Positions 49,909 through 59,811 of a stretch of 64,000 nt of DNA are shown piece by piece. How positions within the stretch are numbered: position 1 is the first letter of the stretch; every line of letters starts with the position of its first letter. This DNA comes from Bacteroidales bacterium. GTDB lineage: Bacteria; Bacteroidota; Bacteroidia; Bacteroidales; UBA932. The stretch covers positions 3,914 through 67,913 of the forward strand of contig JAAYYL010000176.1 of NCBI GenBank assembly GCA_012515395.1. Reading direction: 5' to 3'. The translations under genes and the position numbers were made by a program. The notes under the pieces are model-generated. The model made no database searches, had not been told where the DNA came from, and saw only the letters and a list, made by a program, of their open reading frames with translations.

Positions 49909-50508
49909 ATGGAATACATTCTGATCATTATATCGGCAGTATTTGTCAACAATATTGTACTGAACCAATTCCTGGGAGTATGTCCGTTTCTGGGTGTCTC
50001 CAATAAAATATCGACTGCCGTGGGAATGGGTGCAGCAGTGGTGTTTGTAATGACACTGGCTACCCTGATTACCTACCTTATACAGAACTATATTCTGGAT
50101 CCGCTGAATATAGGGTTTATGCAGACGGTCACATTTATTCTGGTGATTGCATCTCTTGTCCAGATGGTGGAAATTATACTGAAGAAAATATCACCTGCCC
50201 TTTATCAGGCTCTGGGGATCTTTCTGCCGTTGATAACTACCAATTGTGCCGTATTGGGAGTTGCCATTATTGTGGTGACCAAAGAATTTACTTTTTCCGG
50301 AACGGCAGCCATGCTGAATCTGCCCCAGGCTCTTGTTTATACAGCTTCTATGGCACTGGGCTTCGGACTGGCCCTGGTGATCTTTGCGGGAATGCGTGAA
50401 CAAATGGATCTTGTGGGTATTCCCAAACCCTTCAGGGGCGTTCCAATTGCATTGATAACAGCCGGGATTCTGGCTTTGGCTTTCATGGGGTTTTCGGGAA
50501 TTGTCTGA
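49909..50508 (+). CDS. rnfA: Rnf subunit A
   Basis: FLGVCPF, LPLITTNCAVLG, LAFMGF. Confidence 0.96.
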   Translation: MEYILIIISAVFVNNIVLNQFLGVCPFLGVSNKISTAVGMGAAVVFVMTLATLITYLIQNYILDPLNIGFMQTVTFILVIASLVQMVEIILKKISPALYQALGIFLPLITTNCAVLGVAIIVVTKEFTFSGTAAMLNLPQALVYTASMALGFGLALVIFAGMREQMDLVGIPKPFRGVPIALITAGILALAFMGFSGIV

Positions 50509-50525
50509 TTCAAAAACCTGTTACT

Positions 50526-50756
50526 ATGGAAACTATAGAAGAACTGGAAAAATTTGTCAAAACCCCTGAGGGATCAAGGGATCAGACTTCATGGTACAAA
50601 CTGGGGGATCTTTACCGTAAACATGAAAGATGGGGAGATGCCCTGAATGCTTACGCCAAATGCATGGAGCTGGGAGCCTGTAATGCAGCCAGGGAAGCTT
50701 CAGATGCCATTAAACGCATTCTGAATTACAGGAATCCGGATCATATGAATCCCTGA
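50526..50756 (+). CDS. Small single-TPR protein
   Basis: WYKLGDLYRK...ALNAY, C-terminal ILNYRNPDHMNP. Confidence 0.7.
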   Translation: METIEELEKFVKTPEGSRDQTSWYKLGDLYRKHERWGDALNAYAKCMELGACNAAREASDAIKRILNYRNPDHMNP

Positions 50757-50762
50757 GCTTTA

Positions 50763-51632
50763 TCAGTTCATTAAAACGGAAAACCCGTAATCCATCAGAC
50801 GGGCAGCGTCGTAGTAGCGTAAAAGCGATGAAGGTGCTTTCATTACAACGGCAATAACTCTTTTGTCTGCAAGTTTTGCAGTAGCCGTTATGCACAAGCC
50901 GGCAGCAGAGGTATATCCTGTCTTAAAGCCGTCACATCCGTTGTATGCGTAAGATCGTCCGGGTAATAATCCGTTTGTAGCCCCATAGGTCGTGCCCCTG
51001 AAATTGGTGCTTGTCAATGAGGTAAAATTTAAAATCTCAGGAAATCTGATAATGAATTCCCGTGTCAGAAGTGCCATGGACCTGGGTGTAATCCCGTTCC
51101 CGGAAGACAATCCGGAAGCATCCGTATAATGAGCGTTCAGGCCCAGTGAATCTGCATAGCGATTCATAATGACCGCAAAATCCTGTTCCGTTCCGCCGGA
51201 AATGTATTCTCCCAACGCAACAGCACATGCGTTTGCAGAAACCACGCACAATGCTTTTATCATTTCGTCTACCGAATAGGTAAGGGATTCGTTCAGAGGC
51301 ACGTTGGATTCACCGGGATTGATTGAACGGGAAGCGGCATAATGACTCACCGGTATTTGGGATTGCAGCGACAGGTATCCTTTTTCAATATGATCAAAAA
51401 CGATATACAAAGTCATGACTTTTGTCATACTTGCCGGAACAAGTATATAATCGGGGCTTTCCGAATACAATTCCGTTCCGCTTGCAGCATCTATCACTAT
51501 AGCTCCCTGACAATTGAGGTTTAAAGACACTCCCGGATCACCACCCGGACCGGGTTCAGGCGTTATCTGCTTTCCGCATGATGCAAGGACCAGCAGCAGT
51601 ATCCACAAACCCTTCATTGGTAAAGTTTTCAT
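50763..51632 (-). CDS. D-Ala-D-Ala carboxypeptidase (peptidase S11), lipoprotein
   Basis: Lipobox LASC, PASMTK (SxxK), SAN (SxN), DGFKTG. Confidence 0.9.
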   Translation of the reverse strand: MKTLPMKGLWILLLVLASCGKQITPEPGPGGDPGVSLNLNCQGAIVIDAASGTELYSESPDYILVPASMTKVMTLYIVFDHIEKGYLSLQSQIPVSHYAASRSINPGESNVPLNESLTYSVDEMIKALCVVSANACAVALGEYISGGTEQDFAVIMNRYADSLGLNAHYTDASGLSSGNGITPRSMALLTREFIIRFPEILNFTSLTSTNFRGTTYGATNGLLPGRSYAYNGCDGFKTGYTSAAGLCITATAKLADKRVIAVVMKAPSSLLRYYDAARLMDYGFSVLMN

Positions 51633-51637
51633 GGAGC

Positions 51638-51666
51638 CAAAGATATGAAATATAGCGTTATATTTG
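51638..51666. promoter_or_regulatory. Back-to-back -7 elements (carboxypeptidase / GH2)
   Basis: TATCTTTG minus 51645-51638; TATATTTG plus 51659-51666. Confidence 0.7.
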
Positions 51667-51670
51667 TTCT

Positions 51671-53992
51671 ATGAAAAGAATGGTCTTGATACTTTTTTTT
51701 GGGATTATTTCATGCAGTGATCCCTTACTGTACACCAATGAAGATCTCAATACAGGATGGGAATTCTGGTTGGACGGGACTCCTGAAAACATACAGGAAG
51801 TTTTTTTACCGCATACTCCCCGGCTGGAACCTTACCTGGTCAACGACCAATGGCAGGGAATATGCTGGTACAGAAAAAACATAAAGATCCCCGGGGAAAG
51901 ACACGTCCTGGTACGTTTTGAAGGAGCCATGAACGTTGCCGAGGCTTGGGTCAATGGTCATTATGCGGGGAAACACATGGGTGGATACCTTCCTTTTGTC
52001 ATTGATGTTACGGCTATTCTTAAAAAAAACGGAGACAGCTCATCCCGGGCTGAACTGAAAATCCGGCTGGATAATTATGACAATCCGGTTACCGGGCCAA
52101 AACCATTGGAACTGCTGGATTTTAATATGTACGGTGGGCTTTACAGGGAAGCCCGGATCATGTATAAATCCTCTTTGCATATTACCGATGCCATTTTGGA
52201 GAATACGCCTGCAGGCGGAGGAGTTCTGGTTACCTATCCGGCTTTTTCTTCTGAAAAAGTTGTTATGAATGTGCAAACACACATTCGTTATGCCCCGTTG
52301 GCTAATGAAGAACCGGACAGACGGGTTTTTACCGTAAAGCAGACTTTGTATGCCGGAGACAGTGTCGGGGCCGTATCGCAACAGGACTATACTTTGGATA
52401 AAAATTGTTCGTTAACGGTTACGGATACCCTGACTGTTGCAAAACCGTTTCTCTGGAGTCCGGATCATCCGTTTTGCTACGATTTGGTAACCGAGGTGCT
52501 TGAAACAGAGAGAAACGAGAAACAGGTTGTAAAAGACAGCCGGAAGACTACTGTGGGATTACGGCAGGTTGTTTTTAAGGAAAAAGACCTTTACGTAAAC
52601 GGCCAAAAGATGTTTTTAAAGGGTGTTAACCGTCACCAGGAATACCCTTATGTGGGTTATGCGATGCCGGGTAATGCCCAGTGGCGGGATGCCGTAAAGA
52701 TTAAAGAAGCCGGATTTGATGCCGTTCGGTTGTCGCATTACCCCCACTCGCCTGAATTCATGGAGGCCTGTAACCGGTTGGGCTTGTTTGTGTTGGACGC
52801 TATACCGGGATGGCAGTATTTTTCTGAAGATCCTGAATTCCAGTCGCAGGTCATACAAACAGCCAGGGATATGATACGCCGGGATCGCAATTATCCATGT
52901 GTTTTGGCCTGGGAGGTGTCCCTGAATGAATCATGGATGAGTGAGGATTTCATTGACAGGATCATTCAGGCTTCCCGAAGTGAAATGCCTGTTCCTATTT
53001 ATACTGCCGGCTGGCAGGAATACGGTTACGACATTCTTCTTCAGGCCAGGCAACACCGTTTAGATCATTCGCTTGCCCATACCCGCAAACCTTATATTGT
53101 TTCCGAATACGGGGATTGGGAATATTATGCCATGAATGCCGGTTTCTCTCAGGAAAACTGGGAGAACCTGATGCCGCAGGAGCGGTCCAGCCGCCAGTTG
53201 AGGGAATACGGTCAAAAAAGGATGCTCCAGCAAGCCACGAATATCCAGGAAGCACACAACAGCAATTACGGGGTAAATGCATGCGGGGATAATTACTGGG
53301 TTATGTTTGATTACAACAGGGGATATGCAGAAGATCTGGAAGCATCCGGTATCATGTCTTTGGAAAGACTTCCGAAGTTTTCTTATTACTTCTTCCGCTC
53401 ACAAGGTGAGCCGGAGGGTAATCCTTTTGTATATATCGCCGATTACTGGGAAAAACAGGATGTTCCGGACAGGTATGTACGTGTATTCAGCAATGCGGAC
53501 CATGTTGAATTGTGGTTAAACGGGAATCTGGTGGAGAAAAGAATGCCTGACAAGGATGCTTTTTCGGAAAACCTGCCTCATCCACCCTTTACCTTTAAAG
53601 TTCCCGAATATAAGGAGGGATGGCTTAAAGCTGTGGCGTATTCCGCAAGCGGGGTTTGTATTGCGGACAGTGTCCATACTCCGGGAAAACCCGTAGCCTT
53701 GGAATGGTGGCTGGATACCGGCGGGATAGCTCCCGCACCAAATGACCTGCTTTTTGTATATGCTAAAGCAGTTGATGGTCAAGGGAATCCGGTTCCTTCT
53801 GCCAGTGGAGATGTGGTATTTGATCTGGAAGGAAAAGGGATGCGCCTGATTGGAGAAGGGCCCGGAGGGATCCCAATGGAATCGGACCGAATAACTGCAC
53901 CGCTGCGAGCCGGAACAGCATTTGTTTTATTGCGCTTATTACCCCAGTGGGAAGGAGATAATCCGCAAATTTCCGTAACTTTGAAATTATGA
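51671..53992 (+). CDS. Glycoside hydrolase family 2 (beta-galactosidase-like), lipoprotein
   Basis: FEGA, H.GGYLPF, YGGLYR, GVNRHQ, VRLSHYP, SLNE, VSEYG; lipobox IISC. Confidence 0.9.
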   Translation: MKRMVLILFFGIISCSDPLLYTNEDLNTGWEFWLDGTPENIQEVFLPHTPRLEPYLVNDQWQGICWYRKNIKIPGERHVLVRFEGAMNVAEAWVNGHYAGKHMGGYLPFVIDVTAILKKNGDSSSRAELKIRLDNYDNPVTGPKPLELLDFNMYGGLYREARIMYKSSLHITDAILENTPAGGGVLVTYPAFSSEKVVMNVQTHIRYAPLANEEPDRRVFTVKQTLYAGDSVGAVSQQDYTLDKNCSLTVTDTLTVAKPFLWSPDHPFCYDLVTEVLETERNEKQVVKDSRKTTVGLRQVVFKEKDLYVNGQKMFLKGVNRHQEYPYVGYAMPGNAQWRDAVKIKEAGFDAVRLSHYPHSPEFMEACNRLGLFVLDAIPGWQYFSEDPEFQSQVIQTARDMIRRDRNYPCVLAWEVSLNESWMSEDFIDRIIQASRSEMPVPIYTAGWQEYGYDILLQARQHRLDHSLAHTRKPYIVSEYGDWEYYAMNAGFSQENWENLMPQERSSRQLREYGQKRMLQQATNIQEAHNSNYGVNACGDNYWVMFDYNRGYAEDLEASGIMSLERLPKFSYYFFRSQGEPEGNPFVYIADYWEKQDVPDRYVRVFSNADHVELWLNGNLVEKRMPDKDAFSENLPHPPFTFKVPEYKEGWLKAVAYSASGVCIADSVHTPGKPVALEWWLDTGGIAPAPNDLLFVYAKAVDGQGNPVPSASGDVVFDLEGKGMRLIGEGPGGIPMESDRITAPLRAGTAFVLLRLLPQWEGDNPQISVTLKL

Positions 53993-54510
53993 AAAAGACA
54001 ATTAAAACATTGTTCCTGGTTTTGGCAACCGGCTTAATGCTTGCTTCCTGCCAGGATTTGGGTCATACGTATACGTATTATTTCGGATCCCGTGCAGAGA
54101 TCTCCTTTAGTGAAGTTACGGCATCTACCACGCCGGGTTTGCGGGAGCTGGCCGAAATGCTTTCCCAGAAGAGCAACGACATCCAGAAAGATTTTCAATT
54201 TGACTGGATGGTTACCGCAGGCGGAAGCACGCAAGATGAAGCCCTGGACAATGCCGTTAATGAAGCTATTGCCGGGTTTACCTCCAGTGTGGTTAATTCC
54301 TTTACATTGGAAATGGATGCTTTTGGCACCGAGTTTGACGCGAAAAAACAGGAATTATCCGAACTTCTTTCCCAGGAAACGGGATCGGTGAAATTTACGG
54401 TACGTCTGTATTTAACAGCCGACAGCGAAGTAACTGCCGTCTACGAAATACCCCTGGCTGTTTCAGAAGCCTTTACTTTTGAGTGTTACGGAAAGAATGA
54501 CACCTATTAA
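53989..54510 (+). CDS. Hypothetical lipoprotein
   Basis: Lipobox LASC-QD, ATGA coupling to GH2; no family recognised. Confidence 0.7.
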   Translation: MKKTIKTLFLVLATGLMLASCQDLGHTYTYYFGSRAEISFSEVTASTTPGLRELAEMLSQKSNDIQKDFQFDWMVTAGGSTQDEALDNAVNEAIAGFTSSVVNSFTLEMDAFGTEFDAKKQELSELLSQETGSVKFTVRLYLTADSEVTAVYEIPLAVSEAFTFECYGKNDTY

Positions 54511-55172
54511 AGAACAGGCAAAATACTGATAATCCGTATGTCTTTAACGGGACGGTCTGCCGGACCTGTTTCCGTGGTAGCTATCTTGTCTATGATATCC
54601 AGTCCTTCAATGACTTCTCCAAACACGGTATAATTGCCGTCCAGTTGGCGGCAGGCAGTTTCGTTATGTACAATATAAAACTGTGAGCCTGAAGATGCTT
54701 TTTCGGGATTGACCGAGTCTGCTGTCCGGGCAGCTGCAATCGCTCCTTTTTTATGTACCAGTTCGGGGACGAACTCAGCCGGGATTGTATATCCGGGGCC
54801 TCCTGAACCAAGACGTTGTCCCGGATCTGCGTTACGTGAAAGGGGGTCACCGCATTGAATCATAAATCCTTCAATAACTCTGTGGAACAAGATGTTATCG
54901 TAAAACCTTTCGGAAGCCAGTTTTACAAAATTATCCCGGTGAAGGGGCGTGTCGCTGTAAAGACGAATGGTCATGGTCCCTTCGGTTGTTTTTAATTCAA
55001 AAACCGGATCCTGAGGAAGGCTGGCAGGATCAAAAGCAGGCGTTTTTATGGTTTGCGCGGGTTCTTCACTTTTAACGGCAGCCTGGTCTTTTGCCTTTTT
55101 ACCTGCGTTGTTGCAGGATCCCATAAACAATGCACTCATACAGATCAGTAAATAAATTGTGGTATTTTTCAT
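54507..55172 (-). CDS. Cyclophilin-type peptidyl-prolyl isomerase, lipoprotein
   Basis: FHRVIEGFMIQ.GD, SSGSQFYI, LDGNYTVFGEV; lipobox MGSC. Confidence 0.93.
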   Translation of the reverse strand: MKNTTIYLLICMSALFMGSCNNAGKKAKDQAAVKSEEPAQTIKTPAFDPASLPQDPVFELKTTEGTMTIRLYSDTPLHRDNFVKLASERFYDNILFHRVIEGFMIQCGDPLSRNADPGQRLGSGGPGYTIPAEFVPELVHKKGAIAAARTADSVNPEKASSGSQFYIVHNETACRQLDGNYTVFGEVIEGLDIIDKIATTETGPADRPVKDIRIISILPVL

Positions 55173-55176
55173 AAGA

Positions 55177-55204
55177 CTAAGGTAGTGTTTTTTTTTTACA
55201 TTTG
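55177..55204. promoter_or_regulatory. Back-to-back -7 elements (PPIase / dut)
   Basis: Variant TACCTTAG minus 55184-55177; TACATTTG plus 55197-55204. Confidence 0.6.
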
Positions 55205-55210
55205 TACATT

Positions 55211-55645
55211 ATGAAAGTAAGGATAATCAACCGTTCCCGGTACCCGTTGCCGGAATACGCAACGTCTTTATCGGCAGGAATGGACCTTCGTGCAGATCTG
55301 TCTGATGCTATAGTTTTAAATCCCCTGGAAAGAATTCTTATTCCCACAGGACTTTACATTGCCCTGCCTCCGGGCTACGAAGCTCAGGTCAGACCACGAA
55401 GCGGCATGGCTGTCAAAAAAGGACTCGGGATATTGAACAGTCCGGGAACAATAGATGCGGATTACAGGGGAGAGATCAGGATTATCCTGGTAAATCTTTC
55501 CAATGTTCCGGTAAAGATCGAACCGGGTGAAAGGGTGGCACAAATGATCGTTGCTTCACACGAACGAGTTGAATGGGAGCCTGTGGAAGAACTGGAACAA
55601 ACAGAACGCGGAGAAGGCGGCTTTGGCTCAACGGGAGGTAAATAA
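55211..55645 (+). CDS. dut: dUTP diphosphatase
   Basis: [31 protein letters not shown]. Confidence 0.97.
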   Translation: MKVRIINRSRYPLPEYATSLSAGMDLRADLSDAIVLNPLERILIPTGLYIALPPGYEAQVRPRSGMAVKKGLGILNSPGTIDADYRGEIRIILVNLSNVPVKIEPGERVAQMIVASHERVEWEPVEELEQTERGEGGFGSTGGK

Positions 55646-55652
55646 TGCAGGT

Positions 55653-56948
55653 ATGAAAGACAAGCTGTATTCATTGTTTTTAAAACACCCCCTTATTTGC
55701 ACAGATACCAGGCAGATTCGTACGGGATGTCTTTTTTTTGCACTTCAGGGGGAACGCTTTGACGGAAATCGTTTTGCCCTCGAAGCACTCGGCAAGGGCG
55801 CTGCGTATGCCGTTGTAGATAATTGTTCCGTAGAGGATCCCCGCTTGATCAGGGTGCCTGATGTTTTGGCTGCTTTGCAGCATCTTTCCCTAACCCATCG
55901 CAACACTTTCAACATTCCCGTGATAGCTCTGACAGGATCTAACGGGAAAACCACTACCAAAGAATTGATCCATGCCGTACTTGCTACACGTTTCCGGGTG
56001 ACGGCAACAAAAGGGAATCTCAACAACCACATAGGAGTGCCGCTCAGTATTCTGGAAATGAACGGAGAAACACAAGCCGGTTTGTTTGAAATGGGGGCCA
56101 GCCATCCCGGAGAAATAGCCTTTCTTACAGAAATGGTCAGGCCGGATGCCGGACTTATCACCAATATTTCCGGAGCGCACATGGAAGGCTTTGAAACAAT
56201 TGAAGGTGTTGAAAAATGCAAAGGAGCCTTGTACGATTACCTGGCTTCTACAGGTGGAGTCGTCTTTTTCAATGCAGATGACCCTTTTTTATCTCATATG
56301 CTGGATCAACGGAAAATAAAAAACAATGTCGTAGCTTATGGTACTAAAAAACAGGGAGTAAAGGCGGAAATTGTTGAGGGTATGCTTCAATTGAAAGTGG
56401 ATGGTTATCCTTTAATAAAAACAAATTTGGCGGGACTTTACAATACACCCAATGTGCTGGCTGCTCTGGCAGTGGGAAATTACTACGGAACCGATCGCCT
56501 GGAAACCGCCAAGGCAGTTGCGTCTTATAAACCGTCCAATCATCGTTCTCAATGGATACAAACATCAAGCAACAAGATTCTTGCTGATGCCTATAATGCG
56601 AATCCCGTGAGTATGGCTTTGTCGCTAGAGAATTTTGATACGGTTAACGGAGCCCGGAAATGTTTGATTCTGGGAGATATGCTGGAATTGGGAGCGGGCT
56701 CACGCAGGGAGCATTTAAAGATCGTAGACCGGGTTGAAAAGATGAACACAGATGAAATTTTCTGGGTAGGGCCTTTGTTTACGGAAGCGGTCCGGGAAAG
56801 AAATGCGGCCGGAATGTGTTTCCCGCATGTAGATGCCCTGATTTCACACCTGGAGAAAGAACCTATGCAGGAATTTGTTATTCTGATCAAAGGATCAAAC
56901 GGAATCCGCCTGACAAAACTTATTGCATCCGGAGTTCTTGGAAAGTGA
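55653..56948 (+). CDS. murF: UDP-MurNAc-tripeptide--D-Ala-D-Ala ligase
   Basis: TDTR, TGSNGKTTTKE, NNHIGVP, EMGA, DAYNANP, GDMLELG, KGS. Confidence 0.96.
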   Translation: MKDKLYSLFLKHPLICTDTRQIRTGCLFFALQGERFDGNRFALEALGKGAAYAVVDNCSVEDPRLIRVPDVLAALQHLSLTHRNTFNIPVIALTGSNGKTTTKELIHAVLATRFRVTATKGNLNNHIGVPLSILEMNGETQAGLFEMGASHPGEIAFLTEMVRPDAGLITNISGAHMEGFETIEGVEKCKGALYDYLASTGGVVFFNADDPFLSHMLDQRKIKNNVVAYGTKKQGVKAEIVEGMLQLKVDGYPLIKTNLAGLYNTPNVLAALAVGNYYGTDRLETAKAVASYKPSNHRSQWIQTSSNKILADAYNANPVSMALSLENFDTVNGARKCLILGDMLELGAGSRREHLKIVDRVEKMNTDEIFWVGPLFTEAVRERNAAGMCFPHVDALISHLEKEPMQEFVILIKGSNGIRLTKLIASGVLGK

Positions 56949-57936
56949 TTTTTTTGCCGGACACAAAAAAACGCCAGACTATACTTCCTTTGAACATGAC
57001 AGAACTGAGATCCGGTTTTTTCCCGCCGGGACGTGACATGTGTGGGCACATTGTCCAGAAATGCAAGTGTGCTTTGTAAACAGATTGTGTGAACTTGTAT
57101 TTTCCCTGGAAAAAATAAGCGATAGCCGAAAGATGATCTGCCAGTATACGGATAAACAATACCGGGAACCTTTCCCATCGGCCCAGGTTCTTGTACATCA
57201 TTAAAAGGTTGTTCCGGTAATTCAGGTAAAGTTTGCGGGGTGAGTCATTGGGAAGTGTGCCGCCTCCTACATGCAATATCTTTGAGTCCGGTACAACGCG
57301 TACAGAATAACCTGCCCAATGAGCGCGCCAACAAAAATCGATCTCTTCCATGTGCGCAAAAAAATAATTGTCCAATCCGCCCAGCTCGTGAAACAGATTT
57401 GCCCTGACAACCATACATGTCCCGCTGGCCCAAAAAACATTTATGGGTTGATCGTATTGTCCGTTGTCTTTTTCCAGGAGAGTCAGAATGCGGCCCCGGC
57501 AAAACGGGAATCCCAGACGGTCAATAAAACCACCGCAAGCTCCGGCATATTCGAATGTTTGGGGATTTGCGCGGGACAGGATTTTTGGCATACACACGCC
57601 ACATTCGGGACTGAGGTCCATTTCCCGGACAAGTGGAGTCAGCCAGCCCGGTGTGACTTCCACATCGGAATTCAGCAGTATATAGTAGGTGGCATCTATT
57701 TGTTTCAGGGCCTGGTTGTATCCTCCGGTGTACCCCAGGTTGCTTTGAAAGACAATAAGCGGAAGGTCAGGAAAATTTTCAGTGAGCCAAGGCACCGAAC
57801 CATCAGTGGATCCGTTATCTGCCACAAATATTTGGGCACATGGTTCCGGAGTTCTTTCCAACAACAAAGGCAGGAACTGTTCCAGGAAGTGTTTGCCGTT
57901 CCAGTTCAGGATCACTATGGCCACTTTCGGCTTCAT
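56920..57936 (-). CDS. Glycosyltransferase family 2
   Basis: VILNWNG, DNGSTD, LLNSD, WASG, MEEIDFCWR, HVGGGT. Confidence 0.9.
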   Translation of the reverse strand: MKPKVAIVILNWNGKHFLEQFLPLLLERTPEPCAQIFVADNGSTDGSVPWLTENFPDLPLIVFQSNLGYTGGYNQALKQIDATYYILLNSDVEVTPGWLTPLVREMDLSPECGVCMPKILSRANPQTFEYAGACGGFIDRLGFPFCRGRILTLLEKDNGQYDQPINVFWASGTCMVVRANLFHELGGLDNYFFAHMEEIDFCWRAHWAGYSVRVVPDSKILHVGGGTLPNDSPRKLYLNYRNNLLMMYKNLGRWERFPVLFIRILADHLSAIAYFFQGKYKFTQSVYKAHLHFWTMCPHMSRPGGKKPDLSSVMFKGSIVWRFFVSGKKITFQELRMQ

Positions 57937-57940
57937 AAGA

Positions 57941-57967
57941 CAAATGTAAGTGTTTTTAGTAAATTCG
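57941..57967. promoter_or_regulatory. Back-to-back -7 elements (GT2 / U32)
   Basis: TACATTTG minus 57948-57941; variant TAAATTCG plus 57960-57967. Confidence 0.6.
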
Positions 57968-57971
57968 CACC

Positions 57972-59811
57972 ATGAAAAGAACGGTAGAATTGCTGGCCCC
58001 GGCCAAAGATCTTATATGTGCAACAGAAGCCGTGAATCACGGGGCTGATGCCGTTTATATGGGGGCGGCACGTTTTGGCGCGCGCTCTGCAGCAGGGAAT
58101 ACTACCGCAGATGTGGAAAAAGCGGTCAACTATGCACACCGTTACGGTGCATCCGTATATGTAACGCTAAATACCCTTTTATATGACCACGAACTTAGTG
58201 ATGCCGTTACAATGACCCGTGAACTTTATCAGGCAGGGGTCGATGGCTTGATCATTCAGGATATCCGCTTGTTGTATCTCAGGAATCAACGTGTTTTGCC
58301 GCCCATTCCCATTCATGCCAGTACCCAGATGGACAATGCTACTTTGGAAAAAGTGCTTTTTCTTGAGAAAGAAGGATTTGACAGAGTTGTTTTGGCCAGG
58401 GAGCTGGGACTGGATGAAATGAAAAAGATACGTGAAAAGACTTCCGTTCCGCTGGAATGTTTTATTCACGGGGCATTATGCGTGAGTTACAGCGGCAAAT
58501 GCTATATCAGCCAGGCGGATTGCGGAAGAAGCGCCAACAGGGGTGATTGCGCGCAGTATTGCCGTTTGTCTTATGATCTGGAAGATGCTCAGGGAAATGT
58601 GCTGATAAAAAACAAACACTTGCTGTCTCTTAAGGATATGGACCGTTCCCCGGTCTTACCCCAACTGCTTGATATGGGGATAAATTCGTTGAAAATTGAA
58701 GGCCGGTTGAAAGGTGTAGATTATGTAAAGAACATTACGGCATATTACCGTCGTCTGTTGGATGCATCGGGCGGTGAAAAAACATCTTTGGGATCGTGTA
58801 CCTTTTTCTTTGATCCTGATCCGCGAAAAACATTCCACAGGGATCGTACGGAATACCTTCCCGTCAACGGACGTTTTAAGGAAGATGTACATCAGTGGAA
58901 TACGCCTAAATCAACGGGAGCGTTACTGGGAAAACCTGTTGCTGTTTTCCGGGACGGGTTTCAGATAAATGCCGGGATCAGCACAGGTGACGGTCTCTGT
59001 TTTACCCTTCCGGACGGGACTTTTTCCGGGTTTTCCGTAAGCAGGGTGGAGGGGGGGCCGTATCTTTCAAAGAGATCTTTCACTGACAACAGACACTGAA
59101 ATTTACAGGAATTTTGACAGGCAGTTTGATAAAATACTGAAAGGAAAAACCGTTGAACGAAAAATTGATCTGGATATAATTCTCAGGGAACTTCCCGGCG
59201 GTGAAGGGTTTGAGTTGACTCTTGTACGGGAGGCGTTCCCCGGAAAGGAGCCTCTCTGCATAACCGTTCCCGTAGATGCATCCAGGCAAGAGGCAGAAGA
59301 TCCCCGTCAAGGCAGGGAATACCTTGAAAAAACACTGTCCCGGTTGGGAAACACGCCCTTCCGTGTCCGCGAAATGGTATTTGACCCGGAAGGTTTTTCT
59401 GCTTTTATTCCGGTCTCAGCGATTGCCGGAGCCAAACGCAAAGCACTTATGCTTTTGGAAGAAAAATCCCGACCGGATCTTTTGGCAGGCAGAAGGCTTG
59501 AAATTTCGGATCTTTCCGGTGAAGATCCCCTTAAAGTGCTGGAAAAAACGCATCCCGAAGAAAAATTTATAACTGCAGCTACTCCTTTGTCTGAAGACAC
59601 ACCGCTTATGACATCCCGTTATTGTTTGAAACAAGCTTTGGGGTACTGTCCCCGGGAAAAAGGAGTTCCGGAGAAAAAATGGTCCGAACCTTTATATCTG
59701 GTAAGAGGAAAGAAAAAATTCCCGGTATTTTTTGATTGTCAGGCCTGCCTGATGTTTGTGGGCAATGCGGTTTCCAATAAACGGGCAAATCCCCAGGCCA
59801 GTAGAAAATAA
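57972..59811 (+). pseudogene. U32 family protein (RlhA-like, 23S rRNA hydroxylation) interrupted by a frameshift at G7 59051-59057; real lesion or sequencing error
   Basis: ELLAPA, HASTQ, GALCVSYSG.C...RSANRG.CAQ.CR, KIEGR in 57972-59099. Removing one G joins this to the frame ending at 59811 (YRNFD, LGNTPF, PLMTSRYCL, FDC..C.M), giving about 612 aa. Confidence 0.85.

Noticed and set aside
45132..50508. Rnf operon as a novelty
   Set aside because: Canonical rseC-rnfBCDGEA order for Bacteroidales
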